In this document: piece by piece, positions 38,701-50,176 of the stretch
How the letters are laid out: each line of letters begins with the position of its first letter
Position numbering within the stretch: the stretch's first letter is position 1
Assembly (NCBI GenBank): GCA_029717555.1
Contig: JAMDHS010000064.1
Span: 62,001 to 121,364, forward strand
Direction: 5' to 3'
From: Peribolospora baueri
Lineage: Eukaryota
DNA: 59,364 nucleotides
Notes under the pieces: model-generated
The model's database searches: none
Told to the model about the DNA's origin: nothing
Seen by the model: only the letters and a program-made list of their open reading frames with translations
Program-made: the position numbers and the translations under genes

Positions 38701-41137
38701 GCGTCCTCATGTCCGTCATCGTCGTGGCTGCCGGCGAGCTCGTCGAGCCGCGGCCGCCGCCTCCCACAGGGCTCCAGCGCCCTTGGGGATGGTCGCGAGA
38801 TTCAGCGTAAGCGGACGACGTGGTGGGAATGTCGGAGGAGAGATAGGGCCCGCGCGCGCCGTGCTCGGGACTCGTACGGAGCCTAGAGTCCTGTGCGCCG
38901 AACTCGCGGTAGACGGTGGCGGGGGAGGAGAAGGGATCGGTCGTGGTGGTGGTGCTGGGAAGGCCGACGTGGACGCCGGGGGCGCTCTGGCTGGAGAATT
39001 GCATTTCGATCGGCGTCGCGGGCTCCATATGACCCCCTTCGCCGACCCTTACCTGGCTTCCAAGCGCAAACCTACTAAAGCCGCACCCGCTCGCTCTCTC
39101 TCTCTTGTTGCTCAAACCAACCTCGACAAACTTGGATCCGACGAACCGTCGCGTAAGCTTGTCCGCCAGACTGGACCGCTTGCCCTCTGTCGTCTCGTCT
39201 GCGCGCGAGACGTAGCGACGGCGCATGAGATAGCTTCCGAGAGGGGCGACGTACGAACCGAGCAGGTGTGGGTCCGAGAAGGTGCGCATCCTCCGTTTCC
39301 CGCCGCCCTTGCCCTTGCGCCTGATGTGCTTGGACTCTGACGATGGCCGAACCGAGGGCCGCGCCGACGAAGATTCGGGCTCCGCATCCGGAGGAACCTG
39401 GCGGGACACAGCCGCCGCCGACGGCGTCTCCTCCTCCGCGCCTTCTTCGCCCTCCGGAGCGACGGGCTCGAAGGAGGTGATGTACCTCGCCTCGGTGAGC
39501 TCGAGTCGTTCGAGGGCCTTGTTCCTCTTCCTGAGAAGCGTCGAGAGCTCGGTGGTGTCACTGGGGAAAAAAGGGAGGAAACAAAGCCGATGTCAGCTTC
39601 TACCGTCGCGCCTGGTTCGGCCGATCCCATCTGAACGACGTGGGAGGAAAGCCGAACCTAATTCCGCGGGACGCTTACCAGACAGCGTACACGCCTTGAA
39701 CGTCGATCTGCCTATCCGGGCCTCTCCTCCGACCCCTCCTCTCGTCGCCACCTGCTGCCTGCTCGTCGTCGTCCGCGGGTCGGGCGGCGCCGCCCTCCAC
39801 GTCAGTCCGCTCAGCGCGTCGACCGTCCTCCAAAGCGTCGACGTCGACGTTAGCGTCGGCCTCCCTCTCGTCCTCGCCCGCGCTGAGGCCAGTGCGGACG
39901 AAGAGGGCTCTCAGGTCGGCCTCTCCCATGCCGACAAGCGCTTTGAACGTGGCCTTGCCCTTGGCCCTCTCGACGGCCTCCCGGCCTCCGCCGCGGCGGG
40001 CCCTCGTCACCTTCTTGGCCAAGCCCAAGCTGAACCAGCCTATCTCGAGTCCACCACATCGGACGTGTCGAAAGAGGTGGCGAAACCGATCGAGCGCGTT
40101 GAGCTCGAGCTTGAGGAGGAGGAGGACGGGTAGGGTGGGGAGGACGAGGGTGAGGACGACAAACACGGTGAGCCGGAGAACCAAGCCAGTGGGCAATACG
40201 GCGGCGGAGGACGCGGCGCGCTCGACTTCGACGGCGGCGAGGAGACGGAGGACGCTAAAATCGTCGAGCGAGTTCCATCCGCCGCTCAGGGCGCCCGAGC
40301 TGGATGGCGACGGAGGGTCAGACTGGCTAAGCTTGGGAAGGCGGCCGACGAAGTAGATCGGAAGGGCGGCTCCGAAGCCAGCGACGAGCCAGATGAGGAG
40401 GATCTTGAGGACGAGCCAGAGGAAGCGCAGGAAGAGCTCGTCGTCCGTCAGAAAGTGCTGGCGAGAGGAAGAGGAAGGATGCGCGGGAGGGTAAGGAGGT
40501 ATGAGGGGTACTGGATGACTGCAAGTCCCGTCGGCCGCTCGAGAAGGGGGGAAGAGCCAGGCGAAGAAGCCATGGCCTATGCGCGGTGGTCGCCTGGAGA
40601 AGACGACGTCGAAGGGGATCGGCAGCAAGATGAGCACCGGTATCGGTGAGGCGAGCAAGCGCACTCACTCTTTCTTCACGAACCACTCCCTGCAGGCGTA
40701 GATGTGCCTGTTCTTGGGCCTCTGCGAGCCGAAGAGGAACTGCGCTCGCTCGCGGTGCGCACGGACGGACGGTGAGCGATGGGACGGACGCTTTCTCGCA
40801 AAAGCTTCCGCCGTCGCACGAGCCATGCGAGGGGACGTCGACTCACCCAGACGAAGGATCCGACCAGCACACCAAGGACGACGGAGGCGAGCGTGCCGGC
40901 CGCCCGGGCGTCCATGGTCGAGTCGGTCTTGGAAAGCGTTTCGCCTGTCGGTGTGCCGGCTGCCGCGGCGGTGCCCGTCTCGACGGGCCCTGCTGTCAGG
41001 GTCGAGGTGACGACCGCGCGGGGATTGGGCGGAGCGGCCGTAGGGGAGCTCAAGGCGGGGGGCGTGCTGAGAAGGAGAAGAAGGGATGCCAAGGCGAAAG
41101 AGACGAGGGCAAGTGGTAGGGGCGACGGGGGCGGCAT
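35761..41137 (-). CDS. Divergent OSCA/TMEM63 (CSC1/RSN1, DUF221)-like multi-pass membrane protein with a very large disordered cytosolic insertion
   Basis: Signal/TM N-terminus and three N-terminal TM segments. DVKWGNL precedes the C-terminal TM bundle, with ITPRQR and a C-terminal YPPELLAPPPLVWLVRD..IALEE typical of this family. Multi-exon; stop TAG at 35763-35761. Confidence 0.75.
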
Positions 41138-42310
41138 GGCATCGTCGTCCTCCGCCTTGACGGGTCGTGTCTGTCGCGCGTCGCGTCGTCGACTCGGCGG
41201 GGCGGACGAGCTGGGAGGAGGGACAAGGTGAGCGAGGGCGGAGGAGGGAGCTGTGATCGAAAAGAGTGGTAGAGAAAAGAAGAGAGGGAGGAAAGGCGAG
41301 ATGAGAAAGGAAGGAGGCGAGGGTGGGAGAGGGAGAAGGGACGAGGAGGGAGGGGAGAACGGCCAAGCTGGAAACCGCTCGGGCCTCTTTTCGTCTCCTT
41401 CATCCTTCTCCATCCAGTCCGCCGACCATCGTCCATGCTTGCCGTCGCTATTTCCGCTCGTCCCCCTCGCGAACTACTCGTCTCCATCCATCCATCCATC
41501 CATCCATCCTTTCGCCTAGACTCGGCACCCAACGCACCCGCCGTCCTATTCGCCGCTCTCTCCTACACGCTCACCTCGCAGATGGAATGGAGAAGGGGGC
41601 AGGCTGGGCTGCGATAAGGAGGGCTGGGCAGGCGATGCGATGCGGCTGGCTGGCTGACGTCGTTTGGGAGACGGGAGATGGGTGGGCGGCGATGCGACGT
41701 GATGAGATCGGCTGTGGCGGTGGGCGGTCGGAGTTGAAGGGACGTGGGAGGGAGAAGGTGTGGAGGGAGGTGTGGGTATGACCGACGACGCAACAAGGGC
41801 AACTCTGTGCGCTCACATCCCAAGGTGCGGTCAGACGACGGTACAGTCAGTCATTAGTTACTCTTTAATAGGCGACCTGACACATGCAATACGAGGGACG
41901 CCTGTGACGTGACGGACGTCGTCGTCGTCATCGCCAAGTCCCCGACGTCACTCGACCGACCCTCCCTGCTCCGTGCCAAGTCGGCCAAGCCAGCCTGCCC
42001 GAATGCTTCATGCTTCCCGTGTGTATGTATGTGTCTTCCGTCGACGGCTGTGCTGCATTGCATCGCTGCTTCTCCTCTCGTTCCCAAGGCGACTCCCCCG
42101 TCCGGCGGCTCGCCAGCCATCCTCGCACGAAAGCGGCGGTAACGAAGAGACTAACTAGCTTATTAGCCGGCCGGCTAACCGAAACTACCACTCCGTCTTG
42201 CATGGCCATGGCCGTGGCCGGGCAGGGTCGCACAAGCACGTGGCTCGTACGGACGCTAGCTAAGCTACCCCACCAGGCCGAATAACAATCTAGTCTACGT
42301 ACACGCACGT

Positions 42311-43780
42311 TCATAACGAAGCTGGCTGGCGCATGCCGAGGTGATGGAGGAAGGAGTGCGAGTAGCTGTGCGGCGCGGATGCGAGGGGATGCGACGGGAC
42401 GGGACGACAGACGAACGGCCACGACGTTCAGCGGTGGGACACAACCGCATCGATCGGAAAGCGCAGAGACGCAGACGCAGACGCACCGCACAACCTGCTC
42501 ATACGTCTTCTCAAAACCGTCCTGCACACATCACCGACCCACCGACCGACCAACCGACCGACGGGTATCGACCGCAAAGGGGGAGCCACGCAGTCCAGTC
42601 AGTCCTCCTCTCCTGCCGCTCCCATCCGTGCGACGCTCTCGACGACCGCTCACCGAGTTCGAGTAATAAGGATCTACGATCGTCCGTCCGTCGTCAAAGG
42701 CTCCGAAGAGTCGGATCGAAGCTTTGGCCTCCCGAGGCGCCACACGCTGCAATTCGCGCAGATTGTTTGTGCTTTTTTATTTTTTTTCCGTTCCCAAACG
42801 AGCGACGACGACGGAGGAGAGGAAGAAAAAGTGGTCGGTCAGGTAAGGCCGTTCGTCCTGGACCGGGGTGACGTTTGAAATCCAAGCCGCTTCATGTGCG
42901 CCCCGCACCGTACTCACTCCATCGCAAGGATCCAATCAAACTCGTCAAAGTCCTTTCGAGAAACTTGACGTGCGACAGAGTCGATCGGGACGCCATGCTG
43001 ACGTGCGAGAGGGGAACGGAAATACGAAGAGGCGGTGGAACGGTCTGTACGAGTTGTGCTCACTTCCTCCTTTCGACCCCAAGCGGCCCCTCACCTTTCG
43101 GCACGTAGCTACCGTCCTATGCGTGCACGGAGAGGGAGAGAGAATCACAGAAAGAGCGGTCAGAGGTCGATCGGGGCGAGTCGGCGGCACCCGACACCTT
43201 ACCTCTCGTCTGGATCTTCGTCCTGAGTCAAATGCGAAGGGACAGACCAAAATGAAGGCGAGAAAGGAATGTCTCCTTCAGCGACGTCAAACGAACTCGA
43301 GATGAAGCCACAGCCGGCTCTCCTCAGCCCGTCTGCGACCACTCACAATGTGGTATCCAGCGGTACCGCAACTCTCTATCCGACCGAATCGCTCCTTCAG
43401 CCCACTCCGATTTACAATGTCTCTGAACACGGCGCCCGCCACTATCGTGTCGCAACCAGCGTCATAGGAAGACCAAGGAGGGGACGCGGACGTCTCGTCA
43501 GCGTCCCGGCGACAGTGATTTCTTCGAAAAGCTATCCGATCTGAGCTGGAAAGCACAAAGCTCGGTTTCAAGGAATCGAAGGTACCCACTGGGACTGCAC
43601 GGGCCGAGTGAAAGGACGAAAATGGGCATGAGAAGCGACGACGATGCATCAGCGCTCCACGTTGCCCCGCCCACGCGAATCTCTGCCGAGCGACGCCGCT
43701 TCCTTCGCCCACCTCCTACAGATGTTGCCCAGGCAGACAAAAAGAACGTTGATGGGCTTCTCTCCCGCCATGTTCGCCAT
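42311..43780 (-). CDS. LTP1: Low-molecular-weight protein tyrosine phosphatase; 8 exons
   Basis: Spliced protein INVLFVCLGNICRSPMAGAVF...ESCGTAGYHIDEDPDERTVATCRKHGV...ARQV...DFDEFDWILAMD...IVDPYY...GFEKTYEQVVRYSHSFL. Start at 43780 or 43771; stop at 42313-42311. Confidence 0.93.
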
Positions 43781-44462
43781 CTTGTCGTGATTGTCGGAAA
43801 GGGCGAGAGCGGTATGCAAGGTAGCGAGGTGGGTGGACGGGGAAGACGTAGACACCAACCCTCGCACGTGAGCATGGCGTTCTTGGTCGGGCGCTCCGGC
43901 CGAGCGACCGAGACTGAGCCGAGGTCGAAAATCGGTCCCCACCCACGTCCGCAGACGTCTATTGTATCGGTCTTCGGTCCCTTCGAATGGTAGCGTAGTA
44001 TTCTCTGATGGACATCACAATGGGTACGCCGCCGCCGGATGGGTGCGAGAACCGCCCCGCTGTAGGCGCCAGAGAGAAAAGGAAAAGAAATGCTAGGAAA
44101 ATGACAACGACACGTACGCCGCAACTCCCTACAGTCTCCTTTTGGCGTGCGAAGGTACGAGTCTTAGCCAAACATACACAGCCTTGCTTTTATTAATAGA
44201 TTTTGCTTCCTGTCGGTTTCGGTCGTCACCGGCCTACTCTTGTTCAGGTTGCATACCTTGGCCTACCGCAGCCCGCCAGGGCGCAGACCGCAATTTCGGT
44301 AAGGCTTAAGGGCTTGTGGTCGCGAGGCGGCCGTAGCTGGCGGCTTTAGGCGCCGTACCGCGGGTCTTTGCCATCGCCGAGCAGCCGTTTTTCACCTCCG
44401 ACCGCGTTCGACGGCGATGGATGGGACGTCTATAAAGACGGCGAGCGACCGGACGTCCAGCC

Positions 44463-45849
44463 ATGGTGAGTTGCGTCCGCCGGCGTCGCGCTCTCATCTC
44501 TCGCTTCGCTTCTCAGGCGCAGACTTGATTTCCGATCATGCCCGCCATGGCTTCCCTCATTCCCAGACGAAAAAGATCAACATCGCTCGTGCGGATTGGG
44601 AGAGGCGGCTGAACGAGGTGTCCATCAGTAAGGAGTGAGTCCGTCTTTCTTCCTTTCCCCTTTTCTTTCATGCTGTTTCGTGGCGGAAAAGGCGAAAGCG
44701 AGCGGAAGGGATGAGACAAATTTGCAGAAGTGGGAATCTCTCCTAATCGCCCTTCACCCGGGCTTGCGGATGACTTACGTTTCTTTTGCTCACTGATCCG
44801 TCGCATCGACCGTCATGTCATGTCTCGTCGTCGCCCTCGTAAACGTGCGTCTTGACGCCTTTCCATTCCATGTGCGCTCTTTCTGATTACACAGGGACTT
44901 GAACCGACTCATCATGGACTATCTCGTCATAGAGGGCTACAAGGACGCCGCGGAGAATCTGTCCCAAGAGACCGGGCTGGGCCCGAACGTGGATCTGGAA
45001 AGCATCGAGAGCCGCATGCTTATCCGCACCGCCATCCAACGTGGAGATATTGAAGAGGCGATAGAGCGCGTCAACGAGTTAGATCCAGAGGTGAGTGCCG
45101 CGTGCGATCCGAACCGGCTCCTTGGATGGCATCGACGGGGAACCGAAACGATAGCGAGCGAGCGAGCGGACGAGGATGAGAATGTTCTATGCACCACTCT
45201 CAGACCCCTTCCGAGGGGTCGCTGATGAGACAAAACACCAACTTCAGTCTTCAAACTGAGTCCGCTCTTTGCTCCGGGAACGATCGTCGACGCGTGGACT
45301 TTTAGTTAACGAGAGACGCCTTTGCCTTATCTCTGGCCCTCGTCCTTTTTGTTGCCGCTCGACCGACTTTCTCAGATCCTCGACCTGAACCCAGCGTTGC
45401 ACTTCCGTCTGCAGCAGCAACGTCTGATCGAGTTTATCCGATCCGGTGACGTTGCCTCTGCCCTCTCCTTCGCCCAGCAAGAACTGGCTCCTCGTGGGGA
45501 GGAAAATCCAGAGTTCTTAGACGAGCTCGAGCGCACGATGGCACTTTTCGCCTTTGATTCTGTCTCCCTCTCTCCGGAGGCGGGAAGCGGCAAGGCACCT
45601 ACAAACATTGTCGAGCTCATGTCCCCTGCTCAGCGACTCAAGACGGCGGGAGAGCTCAACGCGGCCATCCTCAGCGCTCAGAATCAAGGCAAGGACCCCA
45701 AGCTGCCCGGGTTGCTGCAGATGATGGAGTGGGGTGAAACGCTCATGCTGGACCGCGCCGAGTTCCCTCGCCTCGATCTCAAGGGCGCGCTAGGAGTCGT
45801 CGAGGGGGCAGAGGCAGATGTCAAGGTCGAGGACACGATGGTGATCTGA
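44463..45849 (+). CDS. GID8: GID/CTLH E3 ligase complex subunit Gid8/TWA1 (LisH-CTLH-CRA)
   Basis: ATG-only first coding exon, then intron 44466-44566. Motifs DLNRLIMDYLVIEGYKDAAE (LisH), IRTAIQRGDIEEAIERVNELDPEILD..LHFRLQQQRLIE (CTLH), ELERTMALFAF and QRLKTAGELNAAIL (CRA). TATAAA at 44431. Confidence 0.95.
44698..44804 (+). ncRNA. Intronic box C/D snoRNA, SNORD79/Z22-like (LSU rRNA guide)
   Basis: Terminal stem GCGA(G)CGGA/TCCGTCGC; box C GGGATGA 44708-44714; guide AGTGGGAATCTC 44729-44740, complementary to recalled LSU GAGAUUCCCACU; atypical D' CCTA; C' CGGATGA 44767-44773; box D CTGA 44793-44796. Confidence 0.8.
45164..45267 (+). ncRNA. Intronic double-guide box C/D snoRNA (SSU snR40/snR55-region guide plus LSU guide)
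   Basis: Perfect 8-bp terminal stem GAGCGGAC/GTCCGCTC; box C AGGATGA 45173-45179; guide ATGCACCAC 45189-45197; internal hairpin GACCCCT-TCCG-AGGGGTC; C' CTGATGA 45222-45228; guide ACTTCAGTCTTCAAA 45241-45255; box D CTGA 45256-45259. Confidence 0.88.
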
Positions 45850-46229
45850 TAGGGATGCGCTAGCATCTCTCTTGCCCTCGCTCGTATTCTCCTTTCCTGC
45901 TTTGTTTCTTCATTTCCTCGAGGGCTTCATGGACGGCTCGGCCTCATCACTTTCGAAACTTGGATATATGCTCTGGGCCTTTCGTATCTTCCTGTTCTCC
46001 CGCCCCCCATCTTCTACCTTCCGTTCTCTCGCTGTCTCCATGCCCTTGCCCTTGTACCATGTAAAAGCCTCGACAGCCGCTGTACTTTTTATCTCAATGC
46101 ATACCTCACCATCATCGCAAATGCGTGTGCGGAGACCGGCCAGCTTGATCGGCGGCCGCAGCCACAGCAAGACGTAGATTTGTGGGGTCGTTTGGTTGAC
46201 TTCCGGTCTTCCAATGCTCGGGACTGGCC

Positions 46230-48326
46230 ATGGATGGCCAAAGCGCTCCCTCCATAGACTACCTTGAACGTCCCCCGAGCTATTCGGATTTTTTGGTGAG
46301 CTTCTTCTTTCGTGAGAGGGGCGGCTCTTCCTTCCGGGCCTTCTGTCAGACCGCCCGCTCTTCGACCGCTGTCGATCCTGTGTCGCTACTCTCGTCTTCT
46401 CCGTCCTACGGCTTTCACTCCGCCACGCAATCTTCTCTGACGTCCACTTTCCCGCACAGAATAGCTACCTTTTGCCCAACAGACCGTGTCTGATCGGACC
46501 CGCCCTCGTACGGCAGTGGCCTGCGTTTCGCTCCTGGCGTGGAACCGACGACTGCTCGCGCTCCGGACGGCCCGACGAAGGGACCTCGAAGAACACGGCG
46601 GGTCCACACACGTGCCCGTATCATACCGGTGACATCGACTGGGACCATCTGGTGGCCACGTATGGCTCCCACAGCGTCGCTGTGGCGGATTGCAATGTGC
46701 GCTACTTCAGCGACCAGAAGCGGGAGGAGATGACGTTGGCGGAAGCGGTGGGAAGGATGAAGGCTGAGATAGAACGAAGGAGGGAGGGCGTGATGCGGGA
46801 GGGGGCTGCTCCAGGACAGCTCGCCGAAAGCGAATGCGAAAGCCTGTACATCAAGGACTGGCATCTGGTGCTACAGTCCAAGGACGCCCCATTGGAGCTG
46901 GACGATCGCATGCCGTATCGGACGCCGGGCATATTTGCCGATGATTGTGAGCGCATAGATGAGATTTTTTTTTTTTACCCTGCAAATTCGCACGAACGGC
47001 GACCGGACTCACTCTGCTTCATCGTTCGTCGCCCAGGGCTGAACAACAACGCGGACACGTCGGACGACTTTCGGTTCTGCTACGCTGGACTGGCCGGCAC
47101 ATTCACCCCGCTCCACCGCGATGTCTGTGAGGGTCATGCCGAAAAGGGCGACGTTCGGGCACGGCGCTCCGTGTGGGCCTGAATCTCACTGCGCCTTTCC
47201 CTTTCTCCGGAAACGTGCAGACACCTCCTACTCTTGGTCTACGAACATCGTCGGGCGCAAGCGGTGGTGGCTCTTCCCCCCTCATGTCGCTCATCTCCTG
47301 AGACAAGATCCGAAGAACCGCACGTCGCAATTGGCGTACGATGTGCGCGACGTCAGCGACGAGACCTTTCCTGGTGTGAGGGATGCGCTCCAGGAGTGCA
47401 GAGTAATCGAACAGGAAGTGAGTGACTCGTTCGATCCACGTCCCCAAGAGCGCCTTCGCTAAACGTCTTGCCCTCGTGCGACAGGCTGGAGAGACCATAT
47501 TCGTTCCGTCCAATTGGCACCACCAAGTTGAAAACCTGACGGACTGCATCAGTGTGGGTGCGATCTGACGTTTGTGCAACCTCATCTTAACGCTCACGAA
47601 GCACATTGGCGATCGTTTTGTTTTGTCTTTATTTTCCTTTCCCTCGCCCTTTGGGCAGCTCAACGTGAGTGTGGCAACCATGCTAAACCGATTCGAAGCC
47701 GCTCTCGCACCAAGCACAGAGGATAATGACGAGTCTCTCAGCTTTCGGCCTTGTCCAGCACAATTGGTGCAACTCGGTCACCCTGCCTTCAACGTACGAG
47801 GCGCTCAAGAACGAGGCCGCCGACGTGTCTGAGGCGATTTCAGACGTCAGAGACATGCTAAAGGAGAACGCAGAAAAGGGCAGCACCGCCGTCGCGCGGT
47901 CTAATGAGACATCCGCTGAGACGCAAGACGGGACAACGTCGCAGCCAGAGGAAAGCATGACGTTGGTGCAAGGGGACGACTGGGAAGTGGAGTGGTTGAA
48001 ACTTGTCGACGACCTGATGGTGAAAGACGCCGGTTGGGGCTGGAAGCACTTCCTCGAGATGGTCGAATACAACATCTGTCCGGATACGCTAGCTACTTCA
48101 GTGAGTAGCTTTTCGCAGATCAACAAAACAATGGCGCACGGCGTCCCTTGCCCTCTGACAAGTGTTTCACTGATGCGATCCGCAGAACGAATTAAGGCCG
48201 CCTATATCCTTCGTCCACGAACGAGTCAAGGCCGTGCTGGACGACTTTGTCACACGGAAAGAGTACGAAAAACTGGACGACTTGCGACAGATTGTGGATC
48301 GGTTGAGGAGTCGGGTCCAATGTTGA
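46230..48326 (+). CDS. JMJD4: JmjC-domain 2-oxoglutarate oxygenase, JMJD4-like
   Basis: Motifs NRPCLI, YIKDWHL, DDFRFCYAG..GTFTPLHRDV (HxD), SYSWSTNIVGRKRWWLFPP and GETIFVPSNWHHQVENLTDCISLNHNWCN. Stop TGA at 48324-48326. Confidence 0.92.
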
Positions 48327-48416
48327 CGTTGGAAAGTGGATTTCAGGTCTCCGGAACAGAGGAAGCTGTTCCAGAATGCGACGTCCATGTAAGCTCATGT
48401 CGCTAGGAAGACGGTC

Positions 48417-49782
48417 TCAGTCGTTCTCCGCTTCCCTGTCTCCTCCTCCAGAAGCGAGGCTCCTCCGAATCATCTCCGCCATCACGTCCGAGCTGGCGTC
48501 ACCGTACTCTCGTCCGCGGACAGTAATCATGTAAGAGACTGTGCAGAGAGGAACCGATATGATCATCGTGCTAAGTTGGTCTGCGACAAGGCCACCTCGA
48601 GGTGTGATCATTGTGGTTTTATGCTTCAACGGCTCACCGTCTTCGATCTTGCGCAGCGACTGCTCGGTGACGGTCTGTTTCTTGCGAAGGTTGAAGACGA
48701 AAGGCACGAACGGCTCGAGGGCTGTAGTGACGGAAGGAAGGAGAAGGACCATAAACGATGACGATGAGCACAAGGAGCGCATGCCAAGTCCTCGGTGGCC
48801 ACCGTGAAGGACCTGCTCACCGCCCCTGATCGACCTCAGAAGCGCGCATACACCCAACGCGACATTCGTGTTCCCGCTACCGACACTGTTGATAGCGAAG
48901 CGCATAAGCTCGCCCGTCAGGTCGGACAGGCCCAAGAGGTAGTCCGCGACGGTAACTTGCACAATCTGCCGCACAAATCCAAGGCACGAAGCTATGTGAT
49001 CAGCACGGGAGCCCTCCACCATCCGAGCACTAAGCGGGGGAGATGTGCGTCACCTGCAGTCCGTCTTCATTTGTGAGTTGTCTTCGGACCTCATCAAGAG
49101 TGATCACCTCTCCGTGCTCAAGGAAGTGCATAAAGGACACGGCTTCGATCTAGAGGGAAAAGAGAAGCTGCGTGACGCGTCAGAGCTGTCCAATATCGAG
49201 GCGGGATGGCACCCCCGGAGTCGCCAACGTTAGATGAACGAGGCATGAAGCTCACAAACTCTTCCAGACCACCAGCCACAGCCCTCCTGTACCTATTCCC
49301 ATTGTCTCCCTCAACCTCACTTCCAATCCGCTTGAACAGATCCACGATCTCGTCCCTCTTCTTCTTGGCCTCGTCGAGGATCTGGCGTGACTTTTTGTCC
49401 GACGCGCCGGTGACGCGATGGAGGTGGAAGATGAGCTTCTTGGAGAGGGCAGTGATGTCTCGAGAGGTCTTTATCAGGCGCTCCCGCCGGTCATTCTTCG
49501 ATTGCAAAAAGGGGAAGAAGGGAGAAGAATGGCGTTGATAAACGCCGACGACGACGGTCAGTCCAAGGGATGGAAGACGAGCTGGAGCGGGTCCTTGCTC
49601 AGAGTGCCGGACAGACCCACGTGTTGGTCCAACTCGGCCCTAAACCCCTCAAAGACGGAGAGGACGGCGTCTGCCCTCGAGGGCTCCGCAAGCAGAGAAG
49701 ATGGGCCTTCTTGTTTGGTGGAATGATCCATGTCGACTTGGACATGCCGTCGTTGACGGTCCACCGGGATCGTGCGAGCCAT
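48417..49782 (-). CDS. TSNAX: Translin-associated factor X (C3PO nuclease subunit)
   Basis: Motifs FRAELDQHNDRRERLIKTSRDITALSKKLIFHLHR, GLEEFIEAVSF, DYLLGLSDLTGELMR, KKQTVTEQSLRKIE and VRGRE. Start at 49782 or 49731. Confidence 0.93.
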
Positions 49783-50176
49783 GGATGGTGTTTTGGTGAG
49801 TCGCAGTCGATCACTGTTCCTCTGTCACGCTGCGGCGGCGAATCCTTCCAAGGATATGCACGGGCCTCCGTCATATCATTCGTCGCGCCTTCATCTTCTT
49901 CTGCTTGTTACTCTTTGTCGTCTTCTTTTCTTTTCTTATCTTTTCCGTTTTCTGTCTCATTCCGTTGATATAAACGAGCACGCACAGGCAAAAAACGAAG
50001 GCCCTCTACGACAGTGTGACAATGTCATGGCGAGGGTGAAATGCGCATCGCACATGACGGCACGGTAAGCGTGTTCATCGATCCGACATCCTCGTAGCAT
50101 TACAGACTTCCCCTTGTTTTAGGTACGATCGGCCGAAGTTGTTACATACCCCACTACGGGTCAGATATATCAGATG

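Noticed and set aside
44538..44549. ATGs at 44538 and 44547 as the GID8 start
   Set aside because: Out of frame with the conserved KKINIARADW exon and inside intron 44466-44566.
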